DNA of 61,574 bases, filler included, from Basidiobolus ranarum (taxonomy: Eukaryota), in assembly GCA_040143965.1 (NCBI GenBank). It is 3 parts of 3 records of this genome, joined end to end, with 100 filler letters (N's around TTAATTAATTAA, not from the genome) between each part and the next. Parts side by side here need not be neighbours in the genome. Positions count along the whole stretch, not along the records: positions 41,199 to 61,574 come from JASJQH010007105.1; 2 more parts are not named here. The stretch is one strand, 5' to 3'. Position 1 is the first letter of the stretch, and every line of letters begins with the position of its first letter. Under the pieces are notes generated by a model. That model saw only the letters and a list, made by a program, of their open reading frames with translations, had not been told where the DNA came from and did no database searches. Of this stretch, positions 51,019 through 61,574 are shown piece after piece. Position numbers and translations under genes: made by a program.

Positions 51019-53346
51019 TAAAAAGACCGCAAAGAAACCAAGTTCCTCTTTAATTCTATTCGTTTTTGGAAAATCAGCGATTTCTAAAATATTAATCCCC
51101 CTAATGCTAGTTATAACTTTAATAAGTCTGCTAAAAAGCCCACCGGAGTAACTGATATAAATTTACATTACTCTTTTAATCCCTGAAATGAGCCTACTAC
51201 TTGAAATATATAATTTAGAATCATTCACGTTGGCTGTTTGCTTAGTCTGATCTCTTTAAAATCGACTTTGAGGTTTATATATTAGTGGCCAGTTCTTGAT
51301 TGTGGTATGTTTTTTCGTCCCAAATAGAAGGAAAGCACCATCAAACAGCGTAGAGCAGGTTTCCTTAGTATGCCTTAGATCGCGAGGAGTTATAGCTAAT
51401 GACTACAGAGTAATAAATTTCAATGGAAATCAATCACGTGATATTTCTGGCAATTGTTACAGAAACCAGTGGAGTGACCTTTGTAAGTTGAGCGTATTTC
51501 ATGAGACTAACCCCAACGGTATAGTTGAAATGAATTATTGTTGCACAATAGAAAATGAATTATTTTTAGGCCATTGGCTACAGATTTAACTCATTAAAGG
51601 TACATTTTCTTTCTCAATGGAATGCAACACCTAAGGAGTCACTGGATAATAACAATCATCCTATTTTTTGTTTCTGCTCGCTAACGTGTTCATGCTTAGC
51701 AACTCGTTGCAGGATGAAATAATAATTAGGCAGCATCGACACTATTAACTAAACAATTGCTTGTATCAGCCTCTGTCGACAGGTTATATACATGAATGTA
51801 CGTATAACGATGCTATTAATTAGTCAACATTTCAACAAAGAAGCTACCAATATGTTATGTGGAGCGAGGTAAAGCCAAAAACTTGATAGGGATGCTAGGT
51901 TTGCAGGCAATAAGCCTAAGGCAAAACAGACATGGGATTCCTGATCCTTTGGGGCATCCTCCCCTCGTACATGGTCGCTTTTGGATGTATGATCACCTTG
52001 ACGGATTATTGATTCGACTAGTACCTTCTCAGATTGATAAGTTCTGGTTCTGCACATAACCGTGGGGCCTTTCATTGGTTCTCAATAACACGGTTATATT
52101 GTTATTCATGATCATCTAGGAGACAGAGCTAACTATCTCATTAGCTTTTTCCTGTCCATGTGAAAGTAGGCAGTTAGCCCATGGAGATGAGCTCAACGAG
52201 GGATTTCACGCTAAGCTAAGACTCAACAATGTTTGTACTGCTGAGCTCGCTTTCCTGTACTTGATTGATAATCTCCTAGTAGATATTGATCAAGTGGTGA
52301 CGTCGTTCTTAAGTGACAAACTAGCCTGTCTCCCCAGGGAAGAGCATCCATTGGCTGTCCTGTATGATCCACCAAGTGCCAATTTTGAAAATCAGCTTCA
52401 CTTTGAACTCCGCAGAAAGCTTAATCCTATGTGAGGGGTCTTTACTGGTAAAGAGCCTGGATCACTATTGGCTAAGGAAAGCAATCGAGAATGATCCGCA
52501 AAGCTAATTCCTCTTGGTTGAATGCTGCCAATGGATTTGACCAGTTATTACACGCAAGATAAGATCATGTCGTCATGCTGAGGTGCATACCTAAGCTATT
52601 TGTTCTGTGCTACCGTGATACTGCTACGTAATCCACATTATTCCAGCGAACATATCGGTAATTATCGACATATCGATGAATCTCCCGAAATATTGATCTT
52701 TCGCAATCGGATTTCATTACTTGCCTAATCCTAATCTATGTTCTCACATCCTCCAGATATATTCGCTTGGGAATCGACCGAACCATATTAGTCACTCTTT
52801 TGACATCGATGCGTACATTATCCAGCAAAACTGTTGGTGTGTTCTTCGCTGTGCTAAGGTTACTGGTATCTGAGTTAGCAAAGCTGATCGCTACTTAAAG
52901 GGTCAGATCTGAAATCAGATCGCAGTTTGGTCAGAGCCTACATTTCCGGCAGTAGTTACGTAGAGCCATCCCTAAAGTGGCTCTTCTTTCCTGTCTGATC
53001 TATTTTCCTTACGTATTGATTCCTACCTATGCAGATATAGAATCTGGATTAACACGTTACTTGATGCAGGATGGTAAATCAGGAGTGTTTTTGTTGCTCT
53101 TATCATATCATTTGTGATCGTCTTATCTTTACTATCATTTGTCAAGTTGAAACATATATTAATTTTGAAGACGTCTTCTTGAATACTAATTTGGTTGGTC
53201 ATCTATATTCATCTGAGTTATATAAAATCTTATCCTCAGCTTCAATAAGATTAAATCTTACGTGCTCGCTATTTTTGTGTTCATTTCTAAATCCTTTTAA
53301 TTGTCTAATTATCCCCTCAGCATCTTCCTCACATATATTCTTCAAA

Positions 53347-56300
53347 ATGCTTAACGGTGTTACTTCTAACTCTGAACCAAACCCCAAAGTAACAGACAGT
53401 CGCGTAATTTGCGTCACACATTTCCTTCCACGTGCTTGTATTCTAGTAAGGGGAGATGCCCAAAATCCGAGCGAATGGAGTTGGAAACTTGGGTCTAGAA
53501 GAGGTCACTCTGCCATGTATTCAGGTCTTCAATCTCTGAATGAAGTTGAAGATTGTGTTAGAATTGGTTTCGTGGGCGATATATACGATGAAGCTGGTTC
53601 ACCTGTGTCATCCGCAGAACTCACAGATGCTCATAAATCTGCGCTTCGCACGCTTTGCTGGGAAGACAGTCAACTGATCCCCATCTTCCTTGAAGATGCT
53701 CTAGCAAAGGGTCATTATGATGGATATTGTAAATCTGGTATATTCAGTTGATATGTTTATATTCCGGTTAGGCATCGTACTAAAGTGTTTAATATGATTT
53801 TTTATAGTCTTGTGGCCACTACTTCACTATCTGATGACTGAAACAAATTCCAATGACAACTGTAATAACCAGAACTGGGCTGCTTACCAAGAAGTGAATA
53901 AGATCTTCGCTGATGTTATCAACTCTATTTACCAGTCGGGTGATATTGGTAATACAGTTATTGTTTATATTAGCTCACTGATAGACTCTAATCGATTTTT
54001 ATTCATAATTACATACTATTAGTTTGGATTCAAGATTATCATCTTTTCCTAGTTCCCGGTCTTTGTCGCAAGGCGCTTCCAGATCGTGTTATTAGTGTCT
54101 TCTTACACTCGCCTTTCCCAGCTTCCGAGGTCTTCCGTAGTTCCCCTAGTAAGTCTACACTCTTTTCAGTATTTACTTTTCCATGAGCACAACAAACGTA
54201 GTAACACAAATTTTAGACCGTAAAGAGCTCTTGGAAGGTATTCTAGGAGCTAACCAACTTGGCTTTCAGGTAAGATTGCGTTATCTTGTTGTATTTTGAT
54301 TCGACTATTATTTACTCTTATTTATTTCAAACACTAGACATACTCTTATGCCCGCCATTTCATAAGTAGTTGTACTCGGGTCCTTGGTTTAGATTCTACC
54401 CCAACTGGAGTTGATTTCAGTGGTCGTTATGTCTCTGTTGGAATCTATCCCATCGGGATCGATGTTGATACTGTCACTGCACAAAGGTAAACCTTCATTC
54501 TTTGTTAAGCGTCCAAGCTCTCTGGTTAATCGTTAATATAGAGATTCGGAAGGAGTCATTTCCAAAATGAAAGCAATCAGGGAAATGCATGGCGATAAGA
54601 AAATCATCATTGGTAGAGATAAAGTGGATCAAGTAACCGGTGTTTTACAAAAATTGTATAGCTTTGAGAAATTTCTGGAGTTACACCCAGAATGGATCAA
54701 TAAGGTAAGAAAAGTGAATCAATATTGTTGATTAGTACGTACATGTATATATTGATAGTTAATTAATGTTCTTGTGTGTTCAAAAGATTGTCCTGATTCA
54801 GATCAATACTCCGGTTCAACGCCAAGATCCTAAACTTGAGGGAAAGATCTCCGAGGTTATTTCTCGTATTAACGGAACATATGGATCTCTCGAATATACA
54901 CCAGTCTATCGTTATAGTCAAAGAATAGAGCGTCAAGAATACTATGCTCTTTTGGCCGCTGCCGATGTTGGGTTGATCACTTCCATTAGAGACGGAATGA
55001 ATACTACTTGTCAAGAGTATGTCTTATGTCAACGTGAAAACGAAGGGCCTCTTATTTTGAGTGAATTTGCTGGTACAGCTGGCTCATTGAGCGCCGCACT
55101 TCTCGTTAACCCTTGGGACTACATGGTATTTGATTTTTGATAATCACAACTATCTTTGATCCGTTTGTAACTAACTTTCTTAAATATCAATAGGGGGTTG
55201 CTGAGGCTATTAACGAAGCTCTCAATATGTCCAAAGAGGATCGTACTTTGAAGCACAAGGTAAGTGAGCGCATCCCATATGAACGATCTATTCCTACTAA
55301 CTGATTTCTTCTTGTAGCAACTTTACAATTATATCCTATCACACCCCTCCAAAACCTGGGCTAAACATTTCATTAAGGATTTGAAAGAAAAAGCTCATTT
55401 CAAAGAAGATTCTCTACCAACCCCCATATTGGATACCCAGGCTTTAGTGAACCAATACAACTCAGCTAAAAAGAGACTTCTTCTGTTCGATTACGACGTA
55501 AGAAACTGAAGTTGTACCGAGTCAAATTGTGAAATATATTAATTTTGAAACTTTTGTCATAGGGTACATTAACACCAATTAGAGAAACCCCTGGTGCTGC
55601 AGTTCCCCAATCGGAGACTATTGATGGTCTGACCTGTCTGGCCAAGAATCCCAAAAACGTTGTTTGGGTAATCTCTGGTCGTGATCAGGATTTCTTGGAT
55701 CAATGGTTGGGACATATCCCTAACTTGGGCTTTAGGTAATTCATATTCTTACAAGCCTCTACAAGTGTTGTAGCTTTACTAAGCTTTTGATTTAGTGCTG
55801 AACATGGTTGTTTCATCAAATACCCACACCCCGAGAACAAGAAGCCATGGATCAACCTGGCAGCAGAGTTTGACTTCTCCTGGAAAAAGGATGTTATAGA
55901 TATTTTCGATTACTATACTGAACGAACACCAGGTTCGTTCGTCGAACATAAATTATGCGCCGTCACATGGCATTATAGAATGGCCGATCCAGAGTATGGG
56001 TAAGAAAAATCGACTTTATCTTATTTGAAACCTATTTTCCATGTACTTATCCCAATTCTAGAAACTTCCAAGCTAAAGAGTGTAGAAACCATCTTGAAGA
56101 TGCCATCGTATCCAAGAAACCAGTGGAAATTCTCGTTGGTAAGAAGAATCTTGAAGTTCGTCCAGTGGAGTTGAATAAGGTACTTTATTACTTGATACCT
56201 TGAGTAAATCTATTTCAAAGTAAGTAAATTAAATTAATGGAACTTTTTCATTTCTTTAGGGAGAAATTGTTAAGAAATTGGTCGCCTCCACCGAGGATTG

Positions 56301-56499
56301 TGAATTCGTATTTTGCGCAGGTGATGATAAAACTGACGAAGATATGTTCCGTGCCCTTCGTAAATCAGATCTTCCCGAGGAATATTGCTTCTCATGTACT
56401 ATTGGCAGTGCGAATAAGAAGACACAAGCATCATGGCATGTACCCTACTGTGAAGACATCATCAAGGCCATTACCTTACTTGGTGAGCAATCCTCTTGA
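53347..56499 (+). CDS. TPS2: Trehalose-6-phosphate synthase/phosphatase (Tps2-like; GT20 + HAD domains)
   Basis: GHYDGYCKS, LWPLLHY, WIQDYHL, RDGMNTT, LSEFAG; intact HAD motifs LLFDYDGTLTP and GDDKTDEDMF; many GT-AG introns. Confidence 0.9.
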
Positions 56500-57193
56500 A
56501 ACGCCTTCACTCCTCTCTCCTCCTCTCTCCAACCTCATATGTTTCTATTTCTTTCCGTCTTTTTTTTGTAACATGATTCTTTCCTTGTGTATTGAAATAG
56601 AAGAAATGAGAGTTTTTCTAAATCAAAATCAAATTAGTCATAGTTATTTTGCAATTGTCTATTCTCTGGATTTTACTAGAACATTTGAAATAATAAACAT
56701 CAATTTATGATCTGTTCGAAATCACTACTGAACACGGTACTTCTATGGTAAGCAGTCAGCAGTTCAATCCGATCCATCTGCTCGTGACCACCCTCTACAT
56801 GAATCCTATTCAACAAGTAGATTTATTATGTTTATACGTATAAGTTTAATTGTTCTTCCTGACAGATATCTGCCAATAGAAATGAATATTTTGTTAAAGC
56901 ACTAGGGAGTATGTTAATTCGGATCAGATGAATGAAAGGGACAAACAAGTGAAAAGGAATTTGGAAATATATTATATATCATAAATCAGCGATCAATTTG
57001 ATATTGAATTAACATGTGTGCAATATTTTGAGAATTCCAATGTGCAAAGGGGTTTCATCTTGAATGTGATTGTGCTTTTGAAGAGTTATTAGTTTCGTTG
57101 AATTTTTACATGAATATCATGGAATATTGAACGAAGGGCATATATTGGTAGGAAACTCACAAAATAATAAAGAATGTCAAGTCAGATCTTGCA

Positions 57194-60100
57194 TTACGTT
57201 GATTCTGCCACAGTAGAGACATTCCCGTTAGAAGAGGGTATTACCAAGGTGAAGTTTGGTTGAAGCTCATCATCTAATCTTGACTTCTTGTCACTTCCGG
57301 TTACTACCGTACTCTTATCTTCTGGTCGAACTCGTTTTTTACTGATATCAAGATCCATATTGATATTTAGTTCCGACTCATCATTTTTCGACCGGATTGA
57401 TTGTGCTTTTTGGGATACGCTTCCTACATTATCTTCGGGAGTTTCAATATCTTCGGAATCGCTTGGTACTCTCTTAATATCTACCTCTAAGTTTTCTTCA
57501 TTGGTTTCTAAAGCAGTAGAATCTATAGTGTGAGTTGGTTGATTTTCATTATTAATATTTGGTGTGGTTTCATCGCGGTCAACGTTGGTTCCTGTGCTCC
57601 CGGTGAAGTGCGCTGTCAAAGTTTCGTCATCGGAGGTGTGGGCATCTGCTTTATCTTTGCTTAAAATAGAATTATGTCGTCCCAGATTACTTGGTGCTAT
57701 TATTGATTTCAGCTCGGAATCATTAGATAGGTGGTTATTAGAACTATTAAGTGCAAGTACTTCGGAGTTCTGTTCATTTTTTTGCTTAAGCATTCGAAAT
57801 GTCTCAACATAATCGATTTCCTTTAGTCGATCGTAGTACTTACCAACGATATAGTTCACAAGGATCTTCAAATTCTCCTGTAAACCAAATAATTGTTAGG
57901 TTTAGGTCATTTCTTAGGAAGGATGTCGTTTACCTTGCGAATAAACTCGAAAAGCTCTAAACAGGCAGAATTGGTCAGATTATTCTTTCCATCTGTTGCC
58001 AAAAACAAGTCCACAATAGGTCTAAATAAATCGTGCTTGACAATGAATCGGTTGTAGAACTCATCTTTCAATCCAATGCAAGTTCTGAAGAATCGCAGTG
58101 CCCCGAGTTTAAGGTGCTTTTCTCGACTTTTGAATAACGTTACTATCTTGGTAAATATATTGGAAGACAGAACAAAATATTTGCTGCGAAACGAATGTAA
58201 CCGAACGAAGAAGCATAATAGTTCGCATAGTAAGTAACATAACGTCAAATTTGACTGTGAAAGGACAAGCTCCGTGTCCATACTCTGATAGTCAGGGAAT
58301 TGTAAAATTGGCTCAAATAACTTGCTCATATGTCGTTCATAGAATAGTGTTAACAGCTCGTCTGATTCCGGATCAGATTTAGGAGCCATTAATGCTTCGA
58401 CAGGGCTTGCCAGTGAATGGTCTCCAAATGAAGGAGAAGTGTCCAGTAGGACCTTCAGGACTTCGCCATATTGAACCTTAACACCAAGGTTTTCGTCAGC
58501 TATAAAGCGTTCCACCACCGTTTCAATAAGTGGTTTTCGGTTTTGCTTCACTTGTGCCAAGACGTAAGAACGGACAAGATTTGGATCCAGATCAAGTATT
58601 GTGCATAGTATTTCTGCTCCAACAATACGTACATTCACGTCTGGGTCTGGCAGTGCATAATCAAAAGTACTGAATAATCCGTGCTGACTAAGAGATCTAC
58701 AGTCAAATGTTATCAGAAAATCCCAAACAAAGCAGTGCGGAATGGTGATATATATATATCAGTGGATAATTCAAAACACCCATATACCTGTATAATCCTG
58801 AACGATGTATAATTGCCAAATTTTTAGCAATAGAACAAAACTGTTGAACAAAGAATACGACGTCACGCTTTCTTTCCTTTGATTCTTCAGGGTTATTCAA
58901 AACACCAAACAGCTCACGAAGAAACTCATGATCATGCTGCAAGTAATTTACAATATCAACATTATTAAAGAAAATTAGCGAATTCAGAATAGAGAAAGTG
59001 TTGTCGTCTAGGGTTCGAGCTAATACAACATCTTTCAAGTATTGAAGTCGGAACGTTTGGTGGATTTTGTTTTCAATTCCTTTATCACGGATTGGAATCA
59101 CCTTAGCACCAGAGCGAAAAAGGAATTAGTTGAAAATATTGGCGAATTACGCATTAGCAAGTGGCGTGTACCTGCTTAAAGTGCAAATTATTTCCAAGAT
59201 ATTCTCGGTGCTTGGGTCTTGCTTTGGGATAATCGGGATCGTCTATGGGGTGGAAAGAAATTTCAATCTCTACAGTTGATACCTCACCGCAATGAAATTG
59301 TTCTTACATTCTAAAATACCCACAACGCCAAGAATGATGTGATCCTGGACTATATATTCAAAGATACAGTTTTCATTCAGAAGTACTATTTAATTATCAA
59401 CTGAAATCAATATTTTTGCAACGTTAGAGTAAGAGTATGAAGCATATTACTTAGTCCCTTCATGATATTGTATAGCGTGTAAAGGTCTCTCTCATTTTCT
59501 ATACACTCGCACGTTTCAAAGATCGGGAGTAGTTGGTCGATATATTTCTAAAGTCACAGGTTCAGTGAGTTTACTTTTTAGCATTAAATACTCTGAATAT
59601 TTCATCACCTCATGGACTACATAAGAAGTCAGATTATCACGTCCATAGACAAATCTTCCAAATTGTCGTATGATTGTCTCAATCTCAGAAAGATTAGAAA
59701 GTTCTGGTTTAGGGAGAGTTATCTGACTATCAGATAATTCGCGAAAAGATTCTCCGTTAGGTTCTGAGATGGTTTGTGTTAAATGTATACAAAGAAGTGA
59801 ATGTTGTTGAGACAGACAATACCGTGCTGTAGTCCAGGTAGTCTTTTTTGCATATCGATAATGATATCCCTGTCACAGGAATTTAACTTCGACGACGACT
59901 GAAACTATAATGACAAATTGGTAACTAACCAGGCTTCAGTACAGCCCTCAGCTTCCTGAAAACTTAGAGCAAGATCTTGACCAGAAGTTTCGGTCCAAAC
60001 TATCAAAGTATCTAGAAGAAAGGTTTGCAACATAAAAATTAGCCCATTAGAAGACCATTGGAATGAAGTATATCCATCAATACCTTGTTGTTTCTGATAT

Positions 60101-60393
60101 ACATCCCCTTTCATCACTTTTGAATTTAAGAGGAGAGTGTTGTCTTCTTCTGATAACACATGGAGATACAATTCCTGTTTGTCCTAACAAAAATATTAGT
60201 GATCTATAGTTTCAAGACGCGTAGATCACGTATCCGAGGGCATATCCAGGACAAAACGCAGTTTGAAAAATAAAATAGATAAAAGATATACCTCAATATA
60301 CATGCATACACAATAGCCAGTCCCTTTGTCTTGCCAAGCATTGTCTTCAGCTAGTTCGTAAACTTTTACACGCCTTCTACTAGAGATCTCCAT
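57194..60393 (-). CDS. PSY2: Protein phosphatase 4 regulatory subunit 3 (Psy2/SMEK)
   Basis: EVH1-like [73 protein letters not shown]. Confidence 0.93.
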
Positions 60394-61574
60394 TTGTTGA
60401 ATATATCTATAAGTTTGGTGGGAGCGTAGGGATGCCAAGAATTTTAGCTTTTAAATAAAATGCTTTTTTTACTCCCCACAACGTACTGTAAAAAAGTGAA
60501 AAATGCGTGAATACAAGGTGAATCTAAGTTGTTGTAAGTTGCTAGAAACAAACAAGTAGATAATCAGTTCAGCTACCTAAGTTTGATGAAGTAATTACCG
60601 TAGTGAATGAAATACGATGTATAAGGATCAAAGTAATTAGGCTCGACTATTCAGCGGATATTCGAAATTCTTGAAGCTTACTCTACAGATCACACTCAAG
60701 AGAAAACGTATGTAGTTGATATAGTTACAGAAGAGTAGGAAGTAAAGGTGTATAAGAAATGGTATTCACATCTAGGCTATTGCAGTGCACTTGAATCAAA
60801 ATCATATCCTCAGAAATTCCTCGTGATTGACGTCTACAATTGGACCTCCAGTCTGATTGCAGTATATTAGGGTCAACAGGAACGTTACCAAACATATGAA
60901 AGATTTAACATTCTTATTATCGCGAAATTTTGGCATGCTCTTCTAGAGATGTCTTGACTGTGAATTCATGCGAGATAGGTTTTCGACCAATGGAAACGCT
61001 TCAATTAACATGGAGATGAATTTTGTACAAAACCCAAATAAGTCCAACGTCTGTCCAAAAATATCCTGAGGGTTCTAACCGGTTCAAGCTGGCATTAGTG
61101 CCTACTTAGGTATATTGTCCCACGCATTCAGGGAAAATTAGGAATTTGGTATTTGATCTTAATAAAATGCGGCCAACAGACATTAAGCTTTGAGGATTGC
61201 GAAACTCGCATATTGAGTTTAGACATGAGGGTCTCAGACTCAAATGATTCGTGTCAACACGATTCCGCTACACGCTATATAAAGTTCATGAAATGGTGCA
61301 TTCGTGGGCAGATCGCGGTTGGTTTGGATTTCAGTGGCAATTTGGAGTTCCTAGTTATGGTCTCGGACCTCGTCATTGAGTACTGAGGATTCCGCAGCCC
61401 ATATAGAGGTCTGTGAATCTGATGCGATGATCATGCAGTCTATGCTCCTTTCTATACATAACTGAGAAATGAAACACTCCCTGAAGCAGGTATGGATTCC
61501 AGCAATTGATATTGTAAATCGTATTGATTCAAGCCTCATATGCATTTGCAACCCCTCCACCCCTCAAACCAAGC

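Noticed and set aside
51296-52500. Short ORFs between the kelch gene and TPS2
   Set aside because: No recognisable motifs; likely spurious, as are most antisense ORFs overlapping real genes.
53071-53346. N-terminal extension of Tps2 in the ORF track
   Set aside because: T-rich, intron/UTR-like composition; the likely start is ATG 53347.

Overview
Eukaryotic, AT-rich, intron-containing DNA. Gene content points to an early-diverging fungus (Zoopagomycota/Mucoromycota-like; the taxon is an inference). Host genes: Set9 H4K20 methyltransferase (cut by the window edge), a TPR protein, AreA-type GATA factor, TLDc protein, DUF1647-like protein, Pus1, a TM+SH3 protein, a P5-type ATPase, histone H2A, tropomyosin, an AAAP amino-acid transporter, pirin-like protein, epoxide hydrolase, phosphoesterase, kelch protein, Tps2 and PP4R3/Psy2. 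The most striking feature is a ~4.5 kb decayed mobile element at ~4.5-9.0 kb. It has a 35-bp-arm hairpin, an intron-containing, truncated Crypton-type tyrosine recombinase gene, and a large intron-containing, frameshifted Fanzor (eukaryotic TnpB-like RNA-guided nuclease) with hairpins at its 3' end where an omega-RNA would lie. Also notable: a tropomyosin with an exon-level 111-aa internal duplication, a ~347-bp TG...CA solo-LTR-like repeat family, several retrotransposon relics, and two artificial 100-nt assembly gaps. All family assignments come from motif recognition by eye; no database searches were run.
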